Assembly (NCBI GenBank): GCA_963768415.1 | Contig: CAVYHX010000006.1 | Coordinates: 41 to 64,040 of the forward strand | Length of the DNA: 64,000 nucleotides | Direction of reading: 5' to 3' | Origin: an uncultured Gammaproteobacteria bacterium | Lineage (GTDB): Bacteria > Pseudomonadota > Gammaproteobacteria > UBA9214 | Shown: positions 1-9,420 of the stretch, in pieces | Layout of the letters: each line of letters opens with the position of its first letter | How positions within the stretch are numbered: position 1 is the first letter of the stretch | The notes under the pieces: model-generated | Seen by the model: the letters and a program-made list of their open reading frames with translations, nothing else | What the model was told of the DNA's origin: nothing | Database searches by the model: none | Program-made: the position numbers and the translations under genes

Positions 1-1
1 C

Positions 2-631
2 GAGCACAAATACAGGAATCACGATGGCCACTTCCTGTTCGAAGAAAATGGCCAGGAAGTCCAGATCGTCGTGTGCAACCGCGGCGAGGAGCCCATCGTC
101 GACGCGTCTATTGCGCTGGTCTTGCCGAAAGACAATGAACTGTATGTCGCAGATCGACTGCCGAAACTCCTGAACAATGAAATATTCGTGGATCGACCGC
201 CCGCTGAACTGGCGTCCTACCCGACGGTCAGCCTGCACAAGAAGTCCATACACGTCGCGGAAAAAATCGGCGATGTTCCGATCGACCAGCCCATTGGCCG
301 CGAGATGGCCTGTAACTGTGCATTCAATGGCATGGACGACGGCGTCGTGAAGTTGTCGCTTGATTCCGCGCATACGCACCTGCTTAACAAGACGCGCGTG
401 GATCAGCTGGAAAAGGCCCTGTGTGACTATTACCAGCGTCCGGTCAGCGTGAAAGTTGCCCGGACGGAAAAGCTCGAGGATGAAACACCGGCGCGCAAAC
501 TTGCCCGCGAGCAGGCGGAAAGACAACAACAGGCGGTCGATTCAATCGAGGCTGACGAGAATATCAAAACCATTCAGGATGTCTTTGGCGGTACGGTGAA
601 CTATGATTCGATCCGCCCCCGGGGGCAGTGA
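2..631 (+). CDS. dnaX: DNA polymerase III subunit tau/gamma, C-terminal portion (5' end outside window)
   Basis: The frame is open from base 2 to the TGA at 629-631. From about GREMACNCAF...VKLSLDSAHTHLLNKTRVDQLEKAL...ETPARKLAREQAERQQQAVDSIEADENIKTIQDVFGG the translation resembles the conserved DnaX C-terminal domain. ybaB and recR follow directly, which is the usual order. The first ~98 codons do not look DnaX-like (see findings). Confidence 0.7.
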   Translation, partial: EHKYRNHDGHFLFEENGQEVQIVVCNRGEEPIVDASIALVLPKDNELYVADRLPKLLNNEIFVDRPPAELASYPTVSLHKKSIHVAEKIGDVPIDQPIGREMACNCAFNGMDDGVVKLSLDSAHTHLLNKTRVDQLEKALCDYYQRPVSVKVARTEKLEDETPARKLAREQAERQQQAVDSIEADENIKTIQDVFGGTVNYDSIRPRGQ

Positions 632-698
632 TTATTGTCATGGCATTGCAGCGTGCATGACGACCAGATAAATGTGTTCGGTAACCGAGGAACTCAAG

Positions 699-1022
699 AT
701 GAAAGGTGGTTTGGGAAATTTGATGAAACAGGCGCAGGAAATGCAGGCCAATATGCAGAAGGCGCAGGAAGAGCTGGCCAGCCTCGAAGTCACCGGGGAA
801 TCCGGTGGCGGCCTGGTGAAAGTCACCATGACCGGCAAGCATGAGGTCCGGCGTGTCGCCATCGATGACAGCCTGCTGGCCGATGACAAGGACATGCTGG
901 AGGATCTGGTGGCTGCGGCCATTAACGATGCAGCGCACAAGGTCGAATCCACGACACAGGAGCGCATGTCCGGTCTGACCAGCGGCCTTAATCTGCCACC
1001 GGGCATGAAACTGCCGTTTTAG
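699..1022 (+). CDS. ybaB: YbaB/EbfC family nucleoid-associated protein
   Basis: [56 protein letters not shown] is typical of YbaB. The ATG at 699 lies inside the listed ORF 672..1022. Position between dnaX and recR fits. Confidence 0.9.
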   Translation: MKGGLGNLMKQAQEMQANMQKAQEELASLEVTGESGGGLVKVTMTGKHEVRRVAIDDSLLADDKDMLEDLVAAAINDAAHKVESTTQERMSGLTSGLNLPPGMKLPF

Positions 1023-1025
1023 CCG

Positions 1026-1622
1026 ATGTCGAGTTCCCGCCTGATCGGGCGTCTGATAGAGAGTCTGCGTTGCCTGCCCGGGGTCGGGCCGAAATCCGCC
1101 CAGCGTATGGCATTCCACCTGCTGGAGCATGACCGCGAGGGCGGGCGACAGCTGTCCGAGGTCCTGAGCCTGGCGATGGAACATGTGGGTAACTGCCGGG
1201 AGTGCCGCACCCTGAGCGAGGAAGAATATTGTACCTTGTGCGCGAATGATCGCCGTGATCGCAGCCAGCTGTGTGTGGTCGAATCGCCGGCAGATGTCCA
1301 GGCGCTGGAACAGTCCACCGGCTACCAGGGGCTGTATTTTGTGCTGATGGGGCACCTGTCACCGCTGGATGGCATTGGTCCGGAGGCGCTCGGGCTGGAT
1401 CTGCTCGAGTCCCGGCTCGCCCGGGGTGAGATCAGGGAATTGATCCTGGCGACCAACCCGACGGTGGAGGGCGAGGCCACGGCGCATTTTGTCAGTGAAA
1501 TGGCGCGCGCCCGGGGAATCCGCTCGACACGCATTGCGCACGGTGTCCCCATGGGCGGCGAGCTGGAATATATCGACAGTGGCACGTTGTCGCATGCCTT
1601 TGCGGGGCGGCAGGAAATCTAG
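1026..1622 (+). CDS. recR: recombination protein RecR
   Basis: 198 aa. It has the [24 protein letters not shown] helix-hairpin-helix, a Cys4 zinc motif ([16 protein letters not shown]) and a Toprim-like C-terminus. Confidence 0.95.
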   Translation: MSSSRLIGRLIESLRCLPGVGPKSAQRMAFHLLEHDREGGRQLSEVLSLAMEHVGNCRECRTLSEEEYCTLCANDRRDRSQLCVVESPADVQALEQSTGYQGLYFVLMGHLSPLDGIGPEALGLDLLESRLARGEIRELILATNPTVEGEATAHFVSEMARARGIRSTRIAHGVPMGGELEYIDSGTLSHAFAGRQEI

Positions 1623-1634
1623 GGGAGCCGGTTC

Positions 1635-1979
1635 ATGACAGACTGTATTTTCTGCAAGATGGTAGCAGGCGACATCCAGCCGGATGTGGTCTATGAGGAT
1701 GATGAAGTGATGGCGTTTCGTGACATGCATCCACAGGCGCCGGTGCATGTACTGGTAATCCCCAGGGTTCACATCGCTACGACCAATGACCTGGATGCTG
1801 ACAGCGCCGGCATTATCGGCAGGCTGTATCTTGCCGCCAAGCAGATTGCGCAGGATGAGGGCATTGCCGAGCGCGGCTATCGTACATTGATCAACTGCAA
1901 TCCCGAGGCGGGGCAGTCGGTGTACCATATTCACCTGCACGTGCTGGGCGGGCGTCCGATGGCATGGCCGCCGGGCTAG
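1635..1979 (+). CDS. HIT family (histidine triad, HinT-like) nucleotide-binding protein
   Basis: 114 aa. It starts CIFCKM... and carries the histidine triad HIHLHVLGG near the C-terminus. Confidence 0.85.
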   Translation: MTDCIFCKMVAGDIQPDVVYEDDEVMAFRDMHPQAPVHVLVIPRVHIATTNDLDADSAGIIGRLYLAAKQIAQDEGIAERGYRTLINCNPEAGQSVYHIHLHVLGGRPMAWPPG

Positions 1980-2072
1980 ATCCCCCTGTCTTTGCCGGGA
2001 TCGTCAGCATCAGGCAAACAAGCTGTAACGTCATTTCCGGCATGCCCGTATTGCATGCCTGTATAGCCGTCG

Positions 2073-2972
2073 TCACTGGTCGTGCTGGTGATTGCGAGTG
2101 TGGGTCACATGCAGCTGCCGGTAGTTTTGCAGGCGCCGGCGGCTGATGGTCCCGCTCTCCGCTGCAGCCGCAACCGCACAGCCCGGTTCCGACATGTGCT
2201 GGCAATTATTGAACCGGCATTCGCCCAGGCTGGCGCGGAATTCCCGAAACCCGTCTGCCAGTTCCCCTGCTGGTATTTGCTCCAGGTGAAAATCACGTAC
2301 ACCCGGCGAGTCGATCAGTGCGCCACCGTGTGGCAGATGGTAGAGCGTGGTGGTGGTGGTGGTGTGTTTTCCCATTCCGGAGGCTTTCGATAATTTACCC
2401 ACGGCAACCTCGAGATCCGGTAACAGGCGGTTGATCAGGGAGGACTTGCCGACGCCGGACTGGCCCATCAGGATACTGGTCTTGCCGGTCAGGCTGGCGG
2501 TTAACGCTTCCATGCCGGTTTGCAGCAATGCGCTGGTCATCAGTACCGGGTAACCGATGTTCCGGTAGTCAGCGATACTGGACTCGATGGTGTACTGTGT
2601 AGCGCTATTCAACAGGTCCGATTTATTGACGGCGATCAACAGTTCGGTGTGAGCCAGCTCGGCCGTGACGGTGTATTTGTCGATCAGGAATTCGTCCGGG
2701 GCCGGCTCCGGAGCGATGACAATTACTATCTGGTCGATATTGGCTGCCAGTGGCCGTGATGCCCTGTGACCGTCCGCGCGCAGCAGGACAGAATGACGTT
2801 CTGCTATCGCCTCGACTACTCCTGCACCGGTGGTGGTTGTCTGCCAGTCGACCCGGTCACCGCAAACGATTTGTTCCAGGCCGCGCCGGGCAACGCAGCG
2901 ATGCAGCTTGCCGGTGGCATCTTCAACCAGCATGTTCTTGCCGTAGTTGACGATGACCAGCCCGGGTTGCAC
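2073..2972 (-). CDS. rsgA: ribosome small subunit-dependent GTPase A
   Basis: 299 aa. It shows a circularly permuted GTPase layout (NKSDL before GQSGVGKSSLINRLLP) and the C-terminal zinc motif CRFNNCQHMSEPGCAV. Confidence 0.9.
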   Translation of the reverse strand: MQPGLVIVNYGKNMLVEDATGKLHRCVARRGLEQIVCGDRVDWQTTTTGAGVVEAIAERHSVLLRADGHRASRPLAANIDQIVIVIAPEPAPDEFLIDKYTVTAELAHTELLIAVNKSDLLNSATQYTIESSIADYRNIGYPVLMTSALLQTGMEALTASLTGKTSILMGQSGVGKSSLINRLLPDLEVAVGKLSKASGMGKHTTTTTTLYHLPHGGALIDSPGVRDFHLEQIPAGELADGFREFRASLGECRFNNCQHMSEPGCAVAAAAESGTISRRRLQNYRQLHVTHTRNHQHDQ

Positions 2973-3063
2973 GCTGCTGGTTACCGGGTCGTAAGCTTTG
3001 ATGCGGGGGCCTCAGGCAGACGGTTCTTGGCAGGCATACCGGGTGGTGTGTGCCGGCATGACG

Positions 3064-3414
3064 TTACCTTGTCGCCGGCAACAGTGCATCAATCCTGGCC
3101 GCGCAGATAAAATCATTTTCAGACAGGCCGCCGATGGAGTGGGTGCTGAAGCGCACATGGCAGCGGTTATAGCCGACCTCGATATCCGGGTGATGGTCTT
3201 CGCTATGGGCAACCCAGGCAAGCGCATTCACGAAGGCCATGGTCTGATAGTAGTCCTTGAACTTACAGGTGCGACTGATCTCCCTGCCGTTCGCGTCGAC
3301 AGCCCAGCCTTCCTGCAGGCTGCCCAGCAGCTGCTGCACCTGCGCCGGTGCCAGAGGTGGATCGCCTTTCCGGCAGGGTTGGCAATGCCGGTTTATCAGA
3401 TCCTCGCCGGTCAC
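3064..3414 (-). CDS. phhB: 4a-hydroxytetrahydrobiopterin dehydratase (PCD/DCoH family)
   Basis: 116 aa. DYYQTMAFVNALAWVAHSEDHHPDIEVGYNRCHVRFSTHSIGGLSENDF is a typical PCD core. The GTG start overlaps the upstream stop as GTGA. Confidence 0.85.
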   Translation of the reverse strand: MTGEDLINRHCQPCRKGDPPLAPAQVQQLLGSLQEGWAVDANGREISRTCKFKDYYQTMAFVNALAWVAHSEDHHPDIEVGYNRCHVRFSTHSIGGLSENDFICAARIDALLPATR

Positions 3415-3692
3415 TTGAAATGGTAGTGGCTCTGGTTGAGGTACGCGGCGACATCGGCAATGTCGTCATCAAACCACTTCAGGCCAAGTGACTGATCACA
3501 GCGGCCGACCTGTGTCTGCAGGCCTTCCAGCGTGGTGACCTTGCGGTCCGCGCGGGTATACACGCCACTGTCATGACAACTTGTGCAGAACTTCTGATGC
3601 AGGGAGGCGCCATTGTCGATATCTGCTGCCGTTGCCGGAGGCATTGCCAGCAGCAGGCTGGTTGCAAATAAACTCAATAATGTCTGTTTCAT
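3411..3692 (-). CDS. small periplasmic c-type cytochrome (single CxxCH)
   Basis: 93 aa. It has an N-terminal signal peptide (MKQTLLSLFATSLLLAMPPATA) and one heme-binding motif, CTSCH. Confidence 0.7.
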   Translation of the reverse strand: MKQTLLSLFATSLLLAMPPATAADIDNGASLHQKFCTSCHDSGVYTRADRKVTTLEGLQTQVGRCDQSLGLKWFDDDIADVAAYLNQSHYHFK

Positions 3693-3706
3693 AGTGGTCT
3701 CCGTGA

Positions 3707-4954
3707 CTATCCGGCCATGGTACCTGAAATATGCGAAATCCGCACCGGTGCCGGCGGGTGCGAGTCGTGGAATGCAGAGTACAACGGATCCGGGGTGAGT
3801 GTGCTGGCATTTTCCTGGTACATCTTCACCAGGGCATGGATCAGGTCGCTGCCGCTGGACTGGCTGACGGCATAGGCGTCCGCCTCGAATTCATGCTTGC
3901 GCGACAGAAACGCCATGACCGGGCCCAGGAAGAAGGTGAACACGGGAGCCGCCAGCATGAACAGCATCAAGGCCATCCAGTGCGACGGTGTGGAAACGCC
4001 CAGCCCGGTATAAAACCAGTCCTGTTGCGCCAGCCAACCGAGCAGGGCGAGCCCGGCGAGGCTGAGTGCGGCCGTGGACAGCAGCCGTTTCTGGATATGC
4101 CTGAGCTTGAAGTGCCCCAGTTCGTGTGCCAGCACGGCCTCGATTTCCTCTGGTTCGAGAGTATTCAACAGGGTGTCGAAAAAGACGATGCGTTTGTTCT
4201 GGCCGAAGCCGGTGAAATAGGCATTACCGTGACCCGAGCGGCGCGAGCCATCCATAACGAATACGCCCTGACTCCTGAAACCGCATTTTTCCAGGAGTGC
4301 CTTGATACGCGCCTGCAGCGATTCATTATCGAGCGGCGTGAATTTATTGAACAGCGGGGCGATGACCGCAGGATAGGCCCAGAACATCACCAGGGTGAAA
4401 ACCATCCACACGAACCAGACATACAGCCACCACAAACTGCCGGATACCTGCATGATCCAGAGCGCAAGTGCAATCATCGGGACGCCGATGACGATCATCA
4501 GCAGGGCCTGCTTGACCAGGTCGGTGAAGAACACACCGGGGGTGGTGCGGTTGAAGCCAAAGCGTTCTTCAACCACAAAGGTGTGGTACAGGCTGAATGG
4601 CAGATCCAGCAGGGACATGATGATCGTAGCGCTGAGCATGAAGACGACACCGGTTGTCAGCGGCCCCAATCCGGTCGACCGCCAGGCCTGGTCCAGCCAT
4701 TCCAGCCCGCCACCCAGTGTCCAGGCCAGCAGCAGCAGGGCGCCGTACAGCAGTTCGAGCATCCCGAGACGGGTATTGGTGACGGTGTAGTCAGCTGCCT
4801 TGCGGTGCGCATCGAGCGGGATGCGATTACTGAAAGCCGCGGGTACCTGTTCACGATTGGATTTGACATGATACTGGTGTCTGTTCGCCAGCCAGAGCTG
4901 GACGATCAACGATACGGCAAGTGCCACCAGAAAAAGTACAGTAAAGGTACTCAT
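3707..4954 (-). CDS. M48 family zinc metallopeptidase (Ste24/HtpX-like), multi-pass membrane protein
   Basis: 415 aa. It has several hydrophobic segments, then the HELGHFKLRH zinc motif and a downstream EFEAD motif. Confidence 0.85.
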   Translation of the reverse strand: MSTFTVLFLVALAVSLIVQLWLANRHQYHVKSNREQVPAAFSNRIPLDAHRKAADYTVTNTRLGMLELLYGALLLLAWTLGGGLEWLDQAWRSTGLGPLTTGVVFMLSATIIMSLLDLPFSLYHTFVVEERFGFNRTTPGVFFTDLVKQALLMIVIGVPMIALALWIMQVSGSLWWLYVWFVWMVFTLVMFWAYPAVIAPLFNKFTPLDNESLQARIKALLEKCGFRSQGVFVMDGSRRSGHGNAYFTGFGQNKRIVFFDTLLNTLEPEEIEAVLAHELGHFKLRHIQKRLLSTAALSLAGLALLGWLAQQDWFYTGLGVSTPSHWMALMLFMLAAPVFTFFLGPVMAFLSRKHEFEADAYAVSQSSGSDLIHALVKMYQENASTLTPDPLYSAFHDSHPPAPVRISHISGTMAG

Positions 4955-5047
4955 GGTAAATTCAGTTTCTCCATTGAGTGCAAGTATTCAGATTAGCCTC
5001 TGGTACAATCCGGCACAACCACAGAATTGGAGGGGGTGAAGCGTATT

Positions 5048-5593
5048 ATGCCGCAAGATGCGAATAATCTGATCTGGATCGACCTGGAAATGACGGGTCT
5101 GGATACGACCGCCGATGCAATTATTGAAATCGCCACCGTGATTACCGACAGCCAGCTCAATATCCTGGCTGAAGGCCCGGTGCTGGCTATCCATCAATCA
5201 GATGAGGTCCTGAACGCCATGGACGAATGGAATACCAAGCAACACGGGAGTTCCGGTCTTACCGAGCGTGTGCGCCAGAGCACCATGACGGAGCCGGAAG
5301 CCGAGCGCATCACCATTGAATTTCTTGCCGGCTATGTGCCGGAAAACACCTCACCCATGTGCGGTAACAGCATCTGCCAGGACCGGCGTTTCCTGGCGCG
5401 TTGCATGCCGGAGCTGGAACGTTTCTTCCATTATAGAAATCTGGATGTCAGTTCCGTGAAGGAACTGGCAAAACGCTGGTCGCCGGCAATCATGTCCGGC
5501 TTCAAGAAAGGCAGCACCCACCTGGCGCTGGACGATACCAAGGACTCGATTCGGGAATTACAGTATTACCGGGAACACCTGTTCAAGGCATAA
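5048..5593 (+). CDS. orn: oligoribonuclease
   Basis: [13 protein letters not shown] (DEDD exonuclease motif I) and [18 protein letters not shown] at the C-terminus. The ATG at 5048 lies inside ORF 5027..5593. Confidence 0.92.
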   Translation: MPQDANNLIWIDLEMTGLDTTADAIIEIATVITDSQLNILAEGPVLAIHQSDEVLNAMDEWNTKQHGSSGLTERVRQSTMTEPEAERITIEFLAGYVPENTSPMCGNSICQDRRFLARCMPELERFFHYRNLDVSSVKELAKRWSPAIMSGFKKGSTHLALDDTKDSIRELQYYREHLFKA

Positions 5594-5626
5594 ACCGGTT
5601 TGCGCTGGCTACCTGGCTGGAAAATT

Positions 5627-6236
5627 CACCTGCAGGAGCACCCGATTAAGCGCCGGGTACAAGCGCCGGCCTTCGGCGCGATTGGTCAGGAAAACCCTCG
5701 CGGCCGGGAGGCCGCTCCTGCAGGCGGTAATAGGAACCACTGTGGGAGCGCCGGCCTTCGGCGCGATTGGTAGTGAAACACCATCGCGGCCAGGAGGCCG
5801 CTCCTACAGGCTGTTATAGGAACCACTGTGGGAGCGCCGGCCTTCGGCGCGATGGTCAGGAAAACCCATCGCGGCCAGGAGGCCGCTCCTACAGGCTGTT
5901 ATAGGAACCACTGTGGGAGCGCCGGCCTGCGGCGCGATGGTCAGGAAAACCCTCGCGGCCAGGAGGCCGCTCCTGCAGGCGGTAATAGGAACCACTGTGG
6001 GAGCGCCGGCCTTCGGCGCGATGGTCAGGAAAACCCTCGCGGCCGGGAGGCCGCTCCTACAGGCTGTTATAGGAACCACTGTGGGAGCGCCGGCCTGCGG
6101 CGCGATGGTCAGGAAAACCCTCGCGGCCGGGAGGCCGTTCCTACAGGCGGTAATAGGAACTATTGTGGGAGCGCCGGCCTTCGGCGCGATTGGTGTTTAA
6201 CACCCTCGCGGCCAGGAGGCCGCTCCTGCAGGAGCA
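5627..6236. repeat. REP/BIME-like tandem array, family 1: one long plus six short units with an 84-86 bp period
   Basis: The core tgtgggagcgccggcc(t/g)(t/c)cggcgcgat recurs at 5741, 5827, 5912, 5996, 6080 and 6164. Each copy is paired with atcgcggcc(a/g)ggaggccgctcct(a/g)cagg, and the two cores are reverse-complement relatives. The array lies between the convergent 3' ends of orn and the rhodanese gene. Confidence 0.85.
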
Positions 6237-6284
6237 TCGAATTCATCGCAGCGGGATGATGAATCTACCGGATTCCATCGACAT

Positions 6285-7103
6285 CTACACTTCGACCGGT
6301 AAATCCGGATTGTTCCCCCAGTCCGACCAGGAGCCCGGGTAGCCTTTCACCTGTTGAAAACCGAGGTGTTTCAGCACGACGTAAGTGTGTGCGGAGCGGT
6401 GATGGGTCTGGCAGTAGGTGATTATTTCGTGTTCCGGGGTTATATCGATCGCTGCCAGCATGTCACGTAACTGCGCATCCGGTTTGAAGCGCAGGTTCTT
6501 TCCCTGGTCCATTGCCTGGGTCCATTCGAGGTTGATTGCCCCCGGGATGTGACCGGCACGGTCGGCAAATTTCTTTGTGCCGCGATATTCATCCGGGCTG
6601 CGCACATCCAGCAGGCGGGTATCCGGGTTGTCCAGCCGGGTTTGTATATAGGTACTGTCAGCAGTCGGCGCTGCATTGTGTCTGGAAGTGAATTGCCTTG
6701 CGACCGGCGTCACCGGCGTGTTCTCGGTGCGATGGCCCTCGTTGGCCCAGGCATGCAGGCCACCGTTCAGTAAAGAGAACTGTTCATGGCCGGCGACCTC
6801 CAGCGTATAGAGCAGGCGCGCGGCCTTGCCGCCGCCTTCATCATCGTAGGCGACGACGTGGGTGTGTGCATCAATGCCGATTGCGGAAAACACCGCGTTC
6901 AGGGTGGTGTCATCGGGGACCAGACCCATCACCGGTCTTTGTGCGGCAATGATTTGTCCGTAATCCAGGTGCACGGCGCCGGGCACATGCAGTTTGCGGT
7001 AGGTATCAGCATTGCTCAAGTCAATGATCAGGATATTCTCCTGCTCGAGCATGGCTTCGAGAGTATCGGGTTCGATCAGCAGGGGAGGGTGATTCTCAGG
7101 CAT
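6285..7103 (-). CDS. tandem rhodanese-domain sulfurtransferase
   Basis: 272 aa with two rhodanese-like halves. The catalytic-type loop CQTHHRSAH is in the C-terminal domain. The start overlaps the glcF stop by 8 nt. Confidence 0.85.
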   Translation of the reverse strand: MPENHPPLLIEPDTLEAMLEQENILIIDLSNADTYRKLHVPGAVHLDYGQIIAAQRPVMGLVPDDTTLNAVFSAIGIDAHTHVVAYDDEGGGKAARLLYTLEVAGHEQFSLLNGGLHAWANEGHRTENTPVTPVARQFTSRHNAAPTADSTYIQTRLDNPDTRLLDVRSPDEYRGTKKFADRAGHIPGAINLEWTQAMDQGKNLRFKPDAQLRDMLAAIDITPEHEIITYCQTHHRSAHTYVVLKHLGFQQVKGYPGSWSDWGNNPDLPVEV

Positions 7104-8337
7104 CGGGGGTTCCTTGTGGGATCAGTGGTTCCAGCAACTCTATCCAGTGTGTCAGCGGTACCCGGGCATGACTGGACATGTGTGTCAGACAGCCGATGTT
7201 GGCAGTAACGATGATATCGGGCGCGCCGGCCTGCAGGCTTTCCAGCTTGGCAGCGCGCAGGCGCGTGGCCAGGGCCGGTTGCAGAATGGAATAGGTGCCG
7301 GCCGATCCGCAGCACAAATGGCTGTCTGCAACCGGCAGCAAGTCAAAACCCAGGTCAGTCAGGATGGTTTCGACGATATTGTTCAGTTGCTGTCCGTGTT
7401 GCAGGCTGCAGGGTGAATGAAACGCAACCTTGTGACCTCCGGCATGTTGCTGCAGATATCTGCCCGGTTGTTCACCGGCGACAATTTCACTGATGTCTTT
7501 TGCCAGTGAACTGACCCGTGCTGCCCTGGCTGCATAGGCGGTATCCTGCGCCAGCAGGCGTCCGTAATCCTTGACCATGGGTGCGCAGCCACTGGCGGTT
7601 ATTACCAGCGCCTCGGCACCGGCCTCGATCGCCGGCCACCATGCATCGATATTCCTGCGCATGAACCCCAGTGCCTCGCTGCCTGCGCTCAGGTGATGGC
7701 TCAGTGCACCGCAGCAGCCACTGCCATTCGGGACGAGTGTGGTGATGCCAAGCGCATCCAGTACGCGCCGGGTTGCTGAATTGATCCGTGGTGCGAGTGC
7801 GGGTTGTACACACCCGTCCAGCAGTAGCATGGTGCGTGCATGCTGGCGGCTTACATACGGGATACTGATGCGCTGGTAAGCCGGAATGCTTTGTTTCAGG
7901 GCGGCCGGCAGCAATGGGCGTAGCAGCTGTCCGAGACGCAGCAGGGGCGTGATGCGTCGCGGCCAGGGGAGCAGCGTGCGCAAACCCGCGCGTATCAGCC
8001 GATCGAAATACGTGCGCTTGACCGTGTGCTCGACCAGGTCCCGGCCGGTATCCAGCAGGCGGTGATAATTCACCCCGGACGGGCAGGTGGTTTCGCAGGC
8101 ACGGCAGGTCAGGCATCGATCCAGATGCAATTGTGTGGTGTGCGTCGGCGTATGGCCTTCCAGAACCTGTTTGATGAGGTAAATGCGGCCGCGCGGGCCA
8201 TCCAGTTCATCCCCGGTCAGCTGATAGGTCGGGCAGGTGGCATTACAGAAACCGCAGTGCACGCAGTTGCGCAGGATTTCATCGGCTTCCTGACCCGTCC
8301 CGGTTTGCAACACACTGTCTGTCAGTCGGGTTTGCAT
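7096..8337 (-). CDS. glcF: glycolate oxidase iron-sulfur subunit
   Basis: 413 aa. It has two 4Fe-4S ferredoxin-type motifs (CVHCGFCNATCP and CLTCRACETTCP) followed by CCG-type cysteine-rich repeats. It follows glcD and glcE. Confidence 0.9.
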   Translation of the reverse strand: MQTRLTDSVLQTGTGQEADEILRNCVHCGFCNATCPTYQLTGDELDGPRGRIYLIKQVLEGHTPTHTTQLHLDRCLTCRACETTCPSGVNYHRLLDTGRDLVEHTVKRTYFDRLIRAGLRTLLPWPRRITPLLRLGQLLRPLLPAALKQSIPAYQRISIPYVSRQHARTMLLLDGCVQPALAPRINSATRRVLDALGITTLVPNGSGCCGALSHHLSAGSEALGFMRRNIDAWWPAIEAGAEALVITASGCAPMVKDYGRLLAQDTAYAARAARVSSLAKDISEIVAGEQPGRYLQQHAGGHKVAFHSPCSLQHGQQLNNIVETILTDLGFDLLPVADSHLCCGSAGTYSILQPALATRLRAAKLESLQAGAPDIIVTANIGCLTHMSSHARVPLTHWIELLEPLIPQGTPDA

Positions 8338-8340
8338 GAA

Positions 8341-9411
8341 TCAGATTCCGGCATACATTCGGCCCGGGTTGAGTATTCCGGCCGGGTCGAAGGTTTTCTT
8401 GATGCGCCGGTGGAGGGCCAGCAGTCCCGGGTCAAGCGGCTGGAATACCTGGCCGCCGTGGTCACCACCGCGAAACAGGGTTGCATGCCCGCCGGTCTGC
8501 CGTGCAGTTGCCTGGATGTCGCTTGCCGGCAAGGTCGATTTCAGCCAGCGCTGCGCGCCGCCCCAGTCCAGCAGGCAGTTTCCCGCCAGGTCCAGGGGCG
8601 CAGTTGCCGGCGCTACCGACAGCCGCCACAGCGGTGTCTCGTCCGTGAACAGCGGCAGGGTGTGTTCGCGCAGGGCATTCCAGAAGCTGTCGGCAGCTGC
8701 CAGCGGTTCGCCGCCGATTGCGGCAACGGCAGACTCGACGCCCTGCCGGTTGCCGGACAGCCGCACATGAAGTTTGCCGTCGATGTGACAGCCGCCGGAC
8801 AGGGGGAGCGGTTTTCCGGCCCACTGGTTGAACAGCCGCAGCGCCTCCTGCGGGTCGCACTCGCGCCACAGGGTGAGTTCCGTCTCCGGGCGCGGCACCA
8901 CCTTCAAACTGATTTCCAGCATGACGGCCAGGGTGCCGAGCGAACCGGTCAGTGTGCGTGCCAGGTCGTAGCCTGCGACGTTCTTCATGACCTGTCCGCC
9001 CAGACGTAAAATCTCGCCCTTGCCATTGATGCACTTCATGCCGAGCACATGGTCGCGTGCGGACCCTGCATAGGGCCGGCGCGGACCCGACAGCCCGCAG
9101 GCAATCGTGCCGCCCAGCGTGGCGCTGGTGCCGAAGCGGGGTGGTTCAAATGCCAGCATCTGGTTTTCCTGCGCCAGGGTCGCTTCCAGTTCCGCCAGCG
9201 GGGTACCGGCGCGTGCGCTGATCACCAGCTCTGTCGGCGTGTAGTCTACAATGCCGCGGTGATTGCCCAGGCTCAGGGTTTCGCCGCTGGTGGTGCGCCC
9301 GTAGAAGCTTTTGCTGCCACCGCCCTGGATGGACAACGCCTTGCCACGTGCGGCTGCATCGTGGACGGCTGCCAGCAGTACCTGTTCGTCATTCATTGCA
9401 GTATTACACAC
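8341..9411 (-). CDS. glcE: glycolate oxidase FAD-binding subunit
   Basis: 356 aa. It has an FAD-binding PCMH-type N-terminus and sits between glcD and glcF. Confidence 0.88.
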   Translation of the reverse strand: MCNTAMNDEQVLLAAVHDAAARGKALSIQGGGSKSFYGRTTSGETLSLGNHRGIVDYTPTELVISARAGTPLAELEATLAQENQMLAFEPPRFGTSATLGGTIACGLSGPRRPYAGSARDHVLGMKCINGKGEILRLGGQVMKNVAGYDLARTLTGSLGTLAVMLEISLKVVPRPETELTLWRECDPQEALRLFNQWAGKPLPLSGGCHIDGKLHVRLSGNRQGVESAVAAIGGEPLAAADSFWNALREHTLPLFTDETPLWRLSVAPATAPLDLAGNCLLDWGGAQRWLKSTLPASDIQATARQTGGHATLFRGGDHGGQVFQPLDPGLLALHRRIKKTFDPAGILNPGRMYAGI

Positions 9412-9420
9412 ACGGTTATG

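Noticed and set aside
3731-4996. 421-aa ORF antisense to the M48 peptidase. Similar long antisense ORFs occur at 17734..18945, 33866..34810, 35192..36211, 36433..37623, 49867..51297 and 564..1355.
   Set aside because: Their composition is Arg/Gly/Pro/His-rich and low in complexity, as is typical of antisense frames in GC-rich DNA. Each is fully shadowed by a well-supported conserved gene on the other strand.
5627-6236. Possible CRISPR array, because of regularly spaced GC-rich palindromic repeats (also at 58968-59553 and 61028-61487).
   Set aside because: The segments between the palindromic cores are themselves conserved from unit to unit, so there are no unique spacers. The period is 84-86 or ~108 bp with two inverted cores per unit. 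No cas genes or leader are nearby. This is REP/BIME-like architecture.
5804-6259. ORFs running through the repeat arrays (for example 5828..6259, 5913..6200, 5804..6079, 59139..59687, 61222..61455), encoding repetitive CRSGLLAA / GAPAFGAMVRK peptides.
   Set aside because: They are open on both strands and in several frames only because the repeat lacks stop codons. Their periodicity equals the DNA repeat period, and no start or Shine-Dalgarno context is present.
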